A stretch of 64,000 bases of DNA from positions 40,982,001 through 41,046,000 of the forward strand of contig NC_083227.1 in assembly GCF_032191835.1 (NCBI RefSeq), read 5' to 3'. Numbering within the stretch: position 1 is the stretch's first letter; each line of letters starts with the position of its first letter. Below, one piece after another: positions 49,180 through 61,640 of this stretch. Source of the stretch: Heteronotia binoei. Its lineage: Eukaryota. The notes under the pieces are model-generated. The model had not been told where the DNA came from. It did no database searches and saw nothing but the letters and a program-made list of their open reading frames with translations. The position numbers and the translations under genes were made by a program.

Positions 49180-49981
49180 CTATAATGAAATAGCAGGAGG
49201 CATAGATCTACTGCCAAGAGCCATTTACAAAACCATCTCGGGACAGGTACTCTTGAATGCCAGAGTGGTCAGGATAAAACAGAGGAATGGTGCTGTTACT
49301 GCAATATATAAAACGCTTGACCAAAGATTGTCAAGTGTGACAGCCGACTACGCCATTCTCACCCCTACAACAAAAGCTACCCGGCGCATCTATTTTGAAC
49401 CGCCCCTCTCAGCTAACAAATCTGATGCCTTGCGAGCTGCTCACTACAGGAGTGCCACCAAGGTCTTCCTTGCTTGCTCCAAGAAGTTCTGGGAAGCTGA
49501 TGGCATTCATGGTGGGATGTCTCTCACTGATCGCCCATCCCGACACATCAACTACATTGCCCATAATTTCTCCAGTGGCATTGGGGTTCTCTTGGCTTCC
49601 TATGTCAACACCGCTGACTCCGATTTTTTCTTGTCCCTCAGCCATGAAGACATCATTAACATTGTCCTGGATGACCTGTCAGTCATCCATCAGCTGCCTA
49701 AAGAAGAGATACAAAGTATCTGTAACTCCTCAGTGATAAAACGATGGAGCCTGGATCAGTATTCCATGTCTGGCTACACTCGGTTCACCCCCTACCAGTT
49801 TGTAGAGTATACTCAACCTCTTCAGGAGCCAGAAGGTAGACTCTATTTTGCTGGGGAGCACACCTCTTTGCTCCATGGTTGGGTAGACAGTGCAATAGTG
49901 ACAGGACTGAGAGCAGCAAGAGCTATCAATTTTTTGTGTGGGAAGCAGCCCCAGATCATCAAACCATCTAAGAAAAATTAA
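49180..49981 (+). CDS. LAAO: L-amino-acid oxidase, exon 7 (802 nt, C-terminal half and stop)
   Basis: ttttgtcttgcag| acceptor in phase 2; YNEIAGGIDLLPRAIY...AHYRSATKVFLAC...HNFSSGIGVLLASY...WSLDQY...FTPYQF...RLYFAGEHT...HGWVDSAIVTGLRAA; stop TAA ends at 49981. Confidence 0.96.
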
Positions 49982-51469
49982 CTTTTACAACAGACTGGCA
50001 AGGGCATAACTATCCATTAAGAACTTCAACCCAAGACAAATCAAGATTTCCTATGGCATTCACAGATGGCAAAGAAACAAAATGTGATTCAAAGCAAGCA
50101 ATCTTTTGCCAAAGGTGATCCTTCTTTGCAACAGAATGAGAACTTCTCAGCTCCACTCAGAAAGAAATTCAGAACACTCTCATATTTCTGTAACACAGCA
50201 ATGAAATGGTCTTTGTAAAAATTGTATGTGTGCATTATCAGTTCTTTCCTCTATCTGATGTGGAAGGATTATCATAAGTGTGATGCCCCCATTGGCGAGT
50301 GAGCTGGGAAAGGTCAGTAAAGTGCAAATGGATCACATGAATGTATGCACAAACCTTTCCCTACAGTCTTCTTCAGTTACTTATAAGAGTCGATATGGCT
50401 GGGTCCAGACTGGCAGCTTCAGGTACCTGGGCTGGCTCAAAATGGAGTGGCCACATGCTCCTGCACGAGTCACCCATATCCCGCATGGGAGGCACTTTGG
50501 CATGGTCAGACAGCTGTTGCGAACCACCTCCTCAGCTCAGTTCGGGTTTCTTTTTCCCTCCATTCATTTTAGTGGTCATGAACACAAGTGCCCAAGTGCC
50601 TATGCGCTTGGAAGCAATATTGTTGTTTTTTCAAAAGCCAGGTTCACACTGTGCATGTGATTTGCTTGCACAAATCTGTGTCCAGGCACTGGAGAGGCAA
50701 ATTACGTGCGGCAGAGAAATTTGCTACCACTTCGTAAGTGGTAGCTTCTTGGGCCACCTAAAAGGCTCTGGAGGACAGAGTGAGTGTGGGGGCAGGACAA
50801 GAGGCAGATGTGCGCATTTGGATTTGATTTTTAAATCCATTTGCAAGCCATCCCTGTGTCGGCTTATATGCCCTGTCTGGACTCAGCCCATGTCTTGCAT
50901 GAGAAAAAAAAAAATAAAACCACAATGTCAAGGTCCTACAAACACACAGTGGTTATTTTGGCTGCTTGGCCAATAGATGAAACCTTGCTGTCTTACTATA
51001 GATGCAGGTGTGATTGGCAGGTTCCTTTTCGAGCATGAAAGACAGCTAGAGAATTATCTCCTGCTATTTGCTGTAATTCACTGATGGAGGGAGAAAACAG
51101 GGTTTCTGCCCTGACAGGCAGCCAATTCCTTTCTCTGCTTCTGTTTTCTTTCCTGATTTCTTTTCAGTGGCCTTGGAGATCCATCTCAATCCCAATTTTC
51201 CACCTCCAGATCTTCATCTCTTTCTGAAGACACCTCTCCTAGTAGTCCCTGTCTTTCTGTTCCTGATGAAACTCCTGCTGGAAAGGAGAGACCTCAGAAA
51301 GAAAGGCCACTTAGGACAGCCTGTCATTACCAAATGGTAGTTTCCCAGTGCCGAATAAGAATTGCAGGTCTTGAAAAGCCTCTATAAAACTACAAGTACA
51401 GGTGGGGAATAGGGGACAAGGGAGAAAGGGGGGGACAGAGGGACCAGACTGGCAGATCAAAGAGGAACT

Positions 51470-51690
51470 GCCACATATGAACATATAAAGCTGCCTTATA
51501 CTGACTCAGACTCTTGGTCCATCAATGTCAGTATTGTCTACACAGACTGGCAGTGGCTCTCCAGGTTATCAAACTGAGGTTTTTCACACCTATTTGCCTG
51601 GACCCTTTTTAGTTGGAGATGCTGGGGATTGAACCTGGGACCTTCTGCTTATCAAGCAGATGCTCTATCACTGAGCCACTGTCCCTCCCT
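51470..51690 (-). mobile_element. Squam2-like SINE
   Basis: Reverse complement of the 10605..10812 family (aagctgccttatactgactcag...gggattgaacctgggaccttctgctt). Confidence 0.8.
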
Positions 51691-52816
51691 CCACTGGACA
51701 CGCCTCTTGCTACAAGGGCTTTAGGGCACCCCAAGCATGGCACCCCATGCTCCCAAATTTTGTCCCCTGGGGACAGCAAATGAGAAGTCAATATTTTTTG
51801 CCTCTTTATGATTGCCCCAGAAACAGAAAGACATACATCTATCCATACAAAATTTGAAAGATTAAATGCAATGTCTTAGATTCTTTGCTAAAGAAGGACT
51901 CCAAACGATACTGAAATGCGACAACATATTCCCCCTCATTAAAAAGGAGAGAGCCTTTGGTTCCACTGGATTTCCCAATGCTTTGACTGCATGTCAATTA
52001 TGGTTACTGTATCTCCAAAAAAAGATATGGCAAAGCTAGAAAAACTGCAGTAGAAAGCAACCACTGGGCCATTTCCCACATGGATTCTTTACTCAACCTT
52101 GAGTCGAGTCCAATAGCACTGTAGAAGCCAACAGGATTTTGGAGATACAACCTTTTGAGTAAGCTCCCTTGGTTAGATCTGACACAGGGAGGTTTGACTC
52201 TCAAAAGATCATACTCCCCAAATCTTGTTCCTTTCTAGGGTGCTGTTGGACTCAAAACTCGCTGTTCTGCTGCTACCCTCTGGAAACTTACTGAGCCTTG
52301 ACTTTCTTACAGCCATGCTGTTGTCAGGAGCATCCACACAATGTCCTCCTCTATTTATCAGCTTCCATGTCTTCCTCCACTTTGCTGCTATCTTTTCCAA
52401 ACTAATATTTGGGGAAAGATCACAGTCAAAGACTGCTCATACGCCATGTGGCCGGAAAGGATTTTGCAGGTGTCCCCTCCATCGATGCCATTTTCCTTAC
52501 CCCCACCCCCCACAGCCTCCTCATTGCCCCCAAACACACAAATAATGGAGGGCTTTCCAGGCTTTTGTTTTTTAAAACAGGAATTGCTAGACTGAGATTT
52601 ATTATAACAATTTACTGCCACAATCTGCTAGTTCCCAGATAAATGTTTTAATAAATAAATACTAACCTGTCTGGCATGATTTCATTCGTTTCTTTCTTGC
52701 TGGATTAACCCCCTCCCCTTCATTAATGTCTAATAGTGCACCTCTAAGGAAGGGTTACACTGGGTTGCCCAGTTTGGGAAGATTTGGGTACACTTGAAGA
52801 TTTGGGTACAGTGCCT

Positions 52817-53762
52817 AGGAAGGACCCCAAATTGGCTCTCAGCCATTCTGAATAGAGGAATGTTTGGTTCAGATTTGACCTCTATAGTATCACCATCTTG
52901 AATACAAGTGCCTTAAGATCATAAGTGTTGTAGTAGTTAGAGTGTAACAGGGCTTTTTTTGTAGAAAAATCCCAGCAGGAACTCATTTGCATATTAGGTC
53001 ACAGACCCTGACATCAACAGTGTTTCACACAGGGCTTTTTTGTGCGAAAAGTCCAGCAGGGACTCATTTGCATATTAGGCCACACACACCCCTGACACCA
53101 AGCCAGTCAGAACTGCATTCCTGTGCGTTCCTGCTTAAAAAAAAAAAAAGCCCTGGAGTGTGAAACTAAAATCTGGAAGACTCCCCACTCTGCCATGGAA
53201 GCTCATTGAGTGATGGTGGGCCACTCTCTCTCGCTCAGCCTAAGCTACCATTGTTGTGATGATAAAATGGAGGATGAGAGTATGGTATAAGTCATTTGGG
53301 GCCCCACTGGAGAAAAGGTGTAAATTCCTAATAAAGAAATTAAGACAGCACACACACAAATCCAGCTTGTTCCTAAATTCATTTCTATACATCTTTTTCA
53401 TTCAGCATAAGAATGGACTCCTGATTAGAAGCTGAATGCCCAGCTACCAACAACACATGAATGCAGACACCTGGTGTTAAGCAGTTTCTCCCTCAAAACA
53501 GAAGATTCTAAACCACACTTCGATGCGTAGATGCCTGGCTTGTAGGGTGGGGGCTACATCAGGTAAACTCACATACCTGGATTTTTACATCAGAAGCACC
53601 AGAGGAAGTTTCTAGCCAAGATCCTCCATTGAAAAGAGTAAGGAAGCGTGAGCCACATATGTGAGTCTGGCCACAGCACAAGCTGGGTTTGGGCAGAAAA
53701 GATCTCATAAACACTTGGAGTTTCATACATGGAGGAGCCTGGTTTCCTGTTTATGGTGACAA
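52817..53762 (+). repeat. Segmental-duplication block B' (paralogous to 7366..8052)
   Basis: Same non-TE sequence as block B, plus an agggcttttt MITE at about 52948-53156. Confidence 0.85.
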
Positions 53763-53834
53763 ACCTGGGCGCACAGGTTGTGTTCTCGTCAGTGCTTCCT
53801 GTTGAAGGCCGTGGCTTGGATGAGAAAGAAGAAT

Positions 53835-55105
53835 ACTTCAAATAAACGACTGGCTACATTGATGGTGTCGTTAGAAAAGATTCAGATTCTTCCAAATAAA
53901 CGATAAAGAGGATATAGAATTTCAGACGGTCTGGGATGCTTATAAAGCAGTAATGAGAGGAATATTGATTACATTGAATAACAAAGATAAGAGGGCAAAA
54001 GAAAAACAGATGTTGGACATTCAAAATGAAATAAAGAAAAAAAAGGGGAACTGAGAAAAATGCCAGGGGAAAAGAAAATTATAAGGGAGATTACAATATT
54101 AAAAACGCAAATGAGACATTTGTTAAATAAAAAACTTCAATGGAATCTGAAAAGATTGCAGCAGAAATCTTTCGAGGGAGCAAACAAACCCGGAAAATAT
54201 TTGGCCTGGCAACTGAAGAAAAAGAGAGAAAGTAAAATTATTAATAAAATTGTGGTGGATGGAAGAGAAGAATAAAAAGAGAATTCTTTAAGTATTATGC
54301 CAAGTTATTTAAAGGTGTTAAAATAAGGGGGGGAAAGATGGATGAGTACTTACAAAAGATAAAAATAGCACCCTTAGCAGAAAATATGCTAAAAGTTTTG
54401 AACGATCCAATTGAAAAAATAGAAATTGAAGCAGCAATTAATACAATAAAAAATGGAAAAGCACCTGGGCCAGATGGATATACAGCTAAATTTTTTAAAA
54501 CCCTCAAAGAGGAGTTAATCCCGAAACTTCAGAAATTGATGAATATGATAAGAACAAAAGGGAAAATACCAAATACATGGGAGGAAGCTGTTATTTTGTT
54601 GATTCCAAAGGAAGACAGAGATGTTATGAACGTAAAAAATTATAGACCAATTTCATTATTAAATAATGACTATAAAATATATACAAGAATCTTGGCAGAA
54701 CAGTTTAAACAATATTTGATAAATTTTATAAAGGAAGATCAAGCGGGGTTTCTTCCCAAAAGGCAAATAAGAGACAATATCAGAACTGTTGTAAATATTG
54801 TAGAATATTATGAAAGACATCCAGAAAAGGAAGTAGCATTATTCTTTGCAGACGCAGAGAAAGCATTTGACAATTTAAATTGGGATTTTATGTTTGCAGT
54901 AATGGAGAAAATGGAGCTGGGAGAAAGCTTTATGATAAAAGCAATATATACTGAACAATGTGCAAGGCTATGTATAAATGCTGATCTTACAGAAGACATG
55001 ATAATTAGTAAAGGTACAAGACAAGGTTGTCCACTTTCCCCGCTGTTGTTTATAATGACTCTTGAAATATTACTGATGCAAATTCAAGAAGATAAAGAAA
55101 TAGAA
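53835..55105 (+). mobile_element. L1-clade LINE ORF2 fragment (reverse transcriptase N-terminal half)
   Basis: KAPGPDGYTAKFFK...NYRPISLLNNDYKI...QAGFLPKRQIRDNIR...DAEKAFD...GTRQGCPLSPLLF. Confidence 0.93.
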
Positions 55106-55560
55106 AGTAGTGACCATGAGATTTTGGAATTTACAGTCTTAGGGAAGGGAAAAGCTATACGTAGCCAGACTTACAGGTTGGACTTCAGAAAGGCAAACTT
55201 TGATAAATTTAGAACTATGCTGGGTAAAATCCCATGGACAGAAATACTTAGGAAGGGGTTCAGGAGGTCTGGGAGTTTCTTAAAAGCGAAATACTGAAAG
55301 CGCAATCACAGACAATTCCTACGAGAAAAAAAAATGGAAAAAGCCTAAAAAAGCCGAAGTGGCTCCATAAACAGCTCTCTAAAGACTTGAGAAATAAAAA
55401 AGACTCCTTTAGGAACTGGAAGAAGGGCCTTATAACCAAGGATGAATTTAAACAAATCATCAGTGCTTGTAGAGAAAAAGTTAGGAAAGCTAAAGCTCAG
55501 TATGACTTAGGCTGGCCAAAGATGCTAAAAACAACAAAAAAAGGTTCTTTTCTTATGTTC
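55106..55560 (+). mobile_element. CR1 LINE internal fragment (endonuclease C-terminus and linker)
   Basis: SDHEILEFTVL...SQTYRLDFRKANFDKFRTMLGKIPW and KPKWLHKQL...CREKVRKAKAQ peptides typical of CR1 ORF2. Confidence 0.85.
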
Positions 55561-56240
55561 AGAGTAAGAAAAAGAGCTCACAAAGGAGAATTTTTGCACA
55601 CAAAACTCCACAGCTTAGAGGAAACATTTCCACCCTCCATTTTCTCCAGGGGAACTGATCTCTGCAATCTGAAGATGAACTGTATTTCCTGGGGGATCCC
55701 AGGTTCCACCTGGAGACTGCTATCCCTAGAACATACTGTTGGGTCTAGTTTAATATGGCTGGACTGATCAGGCAGCTGTCTTTACCTTCACTTAGCAGAG
55801 CGCTCTTTCTGAGCTTCAGCACAGCTGTGTGACCCAGTCTAATGGTTACCACACTACCTCACAAATTGCACAGAGAGCCTTTGCTTTAAGTAAAGAAACT
55901 AATACTGGTGGATTTATTTAAAGAAACATAACATATAATTGTAGTGGAAAGAAAGAGTGACTATCTGTTCTAGCTAACTATGGATAGCTTTGGATTGATA
56001 GTAGGCCATCCACTTAGTTCAGAACAGGAGGAGAGACACCATGCTGTTCCTCATAATGCATTTGGGGAGGGAAGAAGAAGGAAGAGAAGGAGAACAAGGA
56101 AGAAAGACGTTCCCTGAGATTACATTCTACTGGTTTGAGAGGGTGAGTGAAAGCAGAGCAGACAGGAAGAAGGCTGATATTGTCCTTACTAGCTAGCTTG
56201 CTCTATGGTGTATGTAGTCTTGAAGGACTGAGCAAGAAGC

Positions 56241-56556
56241 ATCTACTATCAGCAACCTTCAACACTATGGACCATGACTTTTTGTCACGTTGTCTTGAAG
56301 CAGAGGAAGGGAAGTGCTTTGGATTGGTTTAAATCTTGCCTTATGTGTTCACTGTGGAAAGTGTTGGGCGTGTACCCATGTCACAATCACTATTTTCAGA
56401 AAGTATAAAACATTGAGCCAACTTGAGATAACCAGAGATTAAGAAACTTTAAATCTACCGGGGAAACTTAAAAAAAAAATTATAAGTCTCCGGGTCCCGA
56501 TGGCATATGTCCAAGAGTTCTTAGGGAACTCAAATAAGACTGTTGCTCTACTAACC
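56241..56556 (+). repeat. Segmental-duplication block C' (paralogous to 18217..18385 + 18997..19180)
   Basis: ctatcagca...ccatgacttt...gtcttga.gcagaggaagg...cactgtggaaagtgttgggc, then the same CR1 breakpoint, in both copies. Confidence 0.85.
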
Positions 56557-57879
56557 CAGGGGTGTCAAACGTGAGGCCCAAGGGCCAGATCAGGCCACCG
56601 AAGGGCTCCTATCAGGCCCATGAACAACTCACTGTCATCTGCTTCCTCCTCTCTCTTTTGCTTCTTTCTGTATTACAGCTTGCTTTGCCAGGCTTGTTCA
56701 ATTGCATGGGAGCTACAGACTTGCAGCCCGCTGCCCCCCATGGCACCACAGTGCGGTGGGCCCCTCCCCATGCTCCCCTCCTTCCTGCGCCTCCTCCTCC
56801 TCCCTCCCTCCCCCACCAGGTCTATTTCAATGCCCGGGAACCAGCGAGTGCTGTGCTATCTAAAGCCCGCCCCCACACTGATCAACTGATCGGCGGGTAA
56901 AACCATGTGGCACACCCACTGTCAGTGCTGGAGCAGGCCAGTAGCAGTGGGAAGGATCATGAAGCCTGAAAGGGTGGCTGCAGCACTGCCTCCTCCCCAC
57001 TTCCTTCCCATTTCAGGCTTTGTGGTCCTTCCCGCTGCTGCTTGCCTGCCCCGACAGTGAGCACACCTGAAAGGGCTGCTGCTGGCCTGCCCTGGCGTTG
57101 ACAGTGAGCACAATGCATGGTTTTACCCACTGATTAGCTGATTGGTGGGGGGGCATCTTTAGATAGCCCAGGAGCACAGCACTTGACCACCCGTTCCCAG
57201 GCATCGAAATAGACCTGGTGGGGTGGGGGAGGGAGGGAGGAGGAGGCTGGGGAGCAGGCAAACTAGGCATTTGCCTAGGAGGGAGGAGGAAGGCCAAATT
57301 CGGTGCCCCTGCCCTGCCGGCTCCATAGGAGGGAGGGGGAAGGCCGAATTTGGTGCCCCTGCCCTGCCAGTGCCCTAGGCAACCGCCTAGTTTGCCTAGT
57401 GGGCCCTGGCTACAGAGCAAAGCCTCTGTTTTCTCCATTGGCTGACCAGTACACGAAGCAGTTTATGTACAAAAACTAGTGATGCCCAGCCATTTCATGT
57501 TTTCCCCTGGGTCTTAGGTTCAGAGCATTGAACATGAGATTTCTGCAATGAATGCCAATAAATTAAAACTAGATTTGCAACTTACAGATGCAGACCTACT
57601 CAAGATTTCTACAGCACAGACACTGTCTCCAAATTTTGATGCAATAAAAGGTGTCAGTTAGCAGAAACATTTAAATAAATGAAATATTGCAAGGGTGCTA
57701 ACATTTTAAGCATGTTTTAAGGTTGTTGTTTTTTTAAAAAAAATTTAATTGTGTTTGTGTCCTTTATGAAGTTTACATATCCACTACCTCATTTCATTTT
57801 ATGACACACATGGCCTGGCCTGACAAAGTCTCAGTTATGTCAGGTCCAGCCCTCATAACAAATTAGTTTGGCACCCCTG
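56557..57879. mobile_element. Composite hAT MITE with a long internal inverted repeat
   Basis: Ends caggggtgtcaaac / gtttggcacccctg; internal arms about 56790-56950 vs 57075-57245 are reverse complements. Confidence 0.8.
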
Positions 57880-58445
57880 CTCTATATGACAGCCCTTCAA
57901 GTACTTGAAGATGGTGTGATCATATCACCTCTCAGTCATCTCTCCGGGCTAAACATACCTAGCTCCTTCAACTTTTCCTCATAGGACTTGGTCTCCAGAC
58001 TGCTTATCATCTTCATTGCCCTCCTCCAGCTTGTCTATATCCTTCCTTAAATGTGGTGCCCAAAACTGAACACAGTACTCCATGTGAGGTCTTAGCAGAG
58101 CAGAGTAAAGTGATACCATCATTTCATGTGATCTGGACACTATAGTTCTGTTAAATGCATTTGCCTTTTTCACCACTGCATCACACTGTTGACTCAATTT
58201 CAGCGTATGGTCCACTAAGACCCCTAGATCCTTTTTGCACATACTACTGCCAAGACAAGTCTCCCCCTATAACCATGCATTGGATTTTTTCTTATCTAAA
58301 TGCAGAACTTTACATTTATCCCTGTTAACATTCATTTTATTGGTTTTAGCCCAGTTTTCCAGCCTGTCAAGATCATTGTGTATCCTGTTTCTGTCTTCTA
58401 CTGTACTTGCAACGCCCCTCCCCCAAAAATTGGTATAATCTGCAA
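57880..58445 (-). mobile_element. CR1 LINE fragment
   Basis: Minus-strand peptide [25 protein letters not shown]...[16 protein letters not shown]. Confidence 0.88.
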
Positions 58446-58554
58446 ATTTAATAAGTACTCCTTCTACATTTAATACCCTAACCTTTACTATGTTTCGTTC
58501 TACCCCCTTTTTTCTTGTTTTTTTTCAGTGTGTGAGTGTGTGCGTGCACCCACC

Positions 58555-58750
58555 CATGCCTGGAAGTCATAGGGGCCTCTGGCGACTCCTACTGGGGCAT
58601 GGAGGACATTCAGACAAGTGCCTTGATACAGCTTGCCTCCCGACTCTGGTATTCTTTGGAATTCTCCCATCCAGATATTTACCAGGGTCTGCCTTGCTTA
58701 GCTTCCAAGATCTGATGAGATCGGGCTTGCCCGGGCTATCCAGATCAGGG
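58555..58750 (-). mobile_element. 5S-derived SINE
   Basis: Reverse complement of the 29610..29815 family. Confidence 0.75.
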
Positions 58751-59206
58751 CTATTCAACCTCCATTTTAAATTTTTCTTTCCATTTTTCTGTAATTGGTT
58801 AATTTAGCTTCTTGTAGATTGGATGATTGATCATTTGCTTGGAATGACACGACTCAGTCAAGGTAAAAGTTTAAATGCATAAACATGGGAAGGGAGAGAG
58901 AATGGAAATAACACTCTTAATAAAGGGGGTGTTTAAAATAATGGGCAAGTGATAGGTATGGCAGTTAATGTAGTATAGATTGATATCTGGAAGACATTAA
59001 TCAAGAAGCTTGCCAAGTGACTTTCACCACATTCTCTTTCAACTTAACATATCCTGCAAGGCTGTTGTGAAGATCCATTGAGGAAGGGAGAAATAAACAT
59101 GTGCATAGCTCTGAACTCGTTGGAGGAAGGGTGGTATAAAAGTATTATAATAGGTAGCATCTTTATGCAAAGGTAAAGTGATGCAACCAGCAGAGCCAGT
59201 TGTTGG

Positions 59207-59340
59207 GGAGAATTCTGTCTGTTTGCATAATAATTAATTATAATAGGAGAAGGAAGAATAGGAGTGCAGGCGCGTCCTCGATTTACTCTCTTCCTTTGTA
59301 CTATTATAAAAACATCTGGAGAGCACGACATTGCAAAGTA
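59207..59340 (+). promoter_or_regulatory. Core promoter of a second LAAO paralog
   Basis: TATAAAA 59305-59311; TTGCATAA 59223-59230; gggagaattct upstream; collinear with the promoter at 21348..21480. Confidence 0.7.
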
Positions 59341-59388
59341 TTCACCACTGCCAGACTTCAATGTCCAGGATCCCTAGGGTGAAGACAC

Positions 59389-59401
59389 ATGGGTATCTTC
59401 T
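59389..59401 (+). CDS. LAAO: Coding exon 1 of a second LAAO paralog (rest of gene predicted beyond the window)
   Basis: ATGGGTATCTTCT|GTAAGT, identical to 21528..21540, at an offset of 37,861 bp. Downstream exons are not in the window, so function cannot be confirmed. Confidence 0.7.
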
Positions 59402-60050
59402 GTAAGTAACATTGTGCCAAAGAAAGCACCACCAGAACTGCTGGTTGCTTTTCAACATACATTTCCAATATTCTGTTTTACTCTACTTGCTCTTCAGAAA
59501 TCGCTGAATTTTTATTTTGTTAGTTTTGGCTTTTGCTTTTGGGGTATTTTGTTTGTGTTTGCAAATAACCGCTCAGGCCTGTGCTTTCTTTGCTCAGATT
59601 TTAGAATGGAAGTTGTAGCAGAAGGTCTGTCTTTTAATGCTCTGTAATATGTGCTATATAAAGCATCATTGTTGTTGTTGTTGGCACGTTATCCTGTTGC
59701 AGCAAAAATAGCAAGGAGTCTTGGGGTACCTTAAAAGCATTGCAGCATAAGAACATAAGAGAAGCCATGCTGGATCAGGCCAATACTCATCCAGTCCAAC
59801 ACTCTGTAAACGGTGGTCAAAACCCAGGTGCCATCAGGAGGTCCACCAGAGGCGCCAAGACATTAGAATCTCTCCCACTGTTGCCCCCACCCCTGCAACA
59901 AGCAACAAGAATACAGAGCATCACTTGCCCCAGACAGAGAGTTCCAGCTATACCTTCTGGCTGATAGCATGCACTCTGCAGGAAATGATCAACCAGGCCC
60001 CAGTTGTCCAAGTGCCACTGGTTGCAGGTTGTCTGCTTTCCCTGCCTTTT

Positions 60051-60863
60051 CAAGCCTTCCTTGGTGGTCTCCCATCCAAGTAACTACCCTCGTTAGCTTT
60101 TGAGATCTGCCAACATCAGGCTTTAGCTATACTATGCTGCCTTCCCTCCCCATATCAAACTACTACATTCTAATCCATCAGTTTCATGCTGGAAGTCTCC
60201 CTTCGAAGTTCTGTTGGAGAAAGGTAATTGTTAGATAGAGATTGAAACCTCTGCTCCATATATTTATCCAGTCCCCTCTTGAAGCTGTCTATGCTGCCAC
60301 CACCTCCTGTGGATATGAATTCCATATGTTAATCACCTTTTGCAAAGCCTAAACTTTGGTGAGCTACAGCCCACTTCATCAGATACATGTTACATGTATC
60401 TTATTTAGGCAAACATATGAATATGAGCTTGTGTAAATTTCAACTGTAAACAAGGAAAGGACAAATACCACTCACAATAGCAGCCATTCAGCTAGTGCAA
60501 TTTCCCTTTATTTGCTATGGTACTTAAGACTTGCAATAACTAAGGAGCCCCAAATCATGTTAAATTTTCAGAGATTATATCAAGTCACAATCCACTTATG
60601 GTGATCCAGCAAGGGGTTTCCAAGGCAAGTGAGAAGCAGAGGTGCTTCACCATTGCCTTAATCTGCCAAGCCTTCCTTGGTGGTCTCCCATCCAAGTAAC
60701 TATCCTCGTTAGCTTTTGAGATCTGCCAACATCAGGCTTTAGCTATACCATGCTACCTTCCCTCTCCATATCAAACTACTACATTCCAATCCATCAGTTT
60801 CATGCTGGAAGTCTCCCTTCGAAGTTCTGTTGGAGAAAGGTAATTGTTAGATAGAGATTGAAA
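60051..60863 (+). repeat. Local 197-bp direct duplication (60051..60247 and 60667..60863)
   Basis: caagccttccttggtggtctccc...gatagagattgaaa occurs twice, 616 bp apart, with only a few substitutions. Confidence 0.9.
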
Positions 60864-61429
60864 TATTCTCTCACCAATTTCTGAAAATTGCATTTTTAAT
60901 GTCAGCTTGGATTTTAAAAGCAACCTCTGAAAATGCCTGATCACCAAAGTGCCAAACCAGTGCAGAATTTGTACCTATGAGGAAGACATGTTTGTACTGA
61001 AAGTCAAGCTGCTCTTGTACAATTTCTAGAGAGTTCAATGCGGTTTGTCTGGGGAAACTTCCTAATAAACTGACAGGTGCACGTGTCAGGGCTGATCTAC
61101 CTAAGGCTGTGCTTCACCCAAGGCTCCAGTGAATTTATCTAATTGGTTTAAACATCTTGCAGATCAGACAGCATTTGTGCAGATGTGCTAAGGAAAAGAC
61201 AGAGCTAGGTGACACATTCCCATGTGGAAGAGGTGTGTGCATAATTTTGTGGAATGTAGTGTTTCACTTTTATGAAATTCTGCTTCCCATAATGTTAATT
61301 TTGTGCTGAAAACTAAACAGACTAGTTGTACAGGAAACATTTGTGTTATCTTAGTATATGCCATGTCTGCACAGTATGTGGGAATACTTGACTGGAAAAG
61401 ATGTTACCCTAGGAGATAATGGGCATACT

Positions 61430-61640
61430 ACATCTTGACCAGAATGAGCTTGGCTACTGAATCTCATTAGATTTGGGCAGCTAAGCAGAGTCAGCCCTGG
61501 TTAGTACTTAGATGAGAAACGGTCAAGGAAAACCAGGGTTGCAACACAGAGGCAGCCAATGCGAACCACCTCTGAACATTTCTTAGCTTGAAAATCCCAT
61601 GGGGTTGCCATAAATCAGGTGCGAGTTGATGGTTCATCAC
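61430..61640 (+). mobile_element. 5S-derived SINE
   Basis: cttgaccagaatgagc...gctaagcagagtcagccctggttagtactt...gcgaaccacctctgaac; not in the paralogous copy-1 region. Confidence 0.7.

Noticed and set aside
50341-50976. 211-aa ORF downstream of the LAAO stop
   Set aside because: No domain, splice context or promoter evidence; probably repeat-derived 3' flank.
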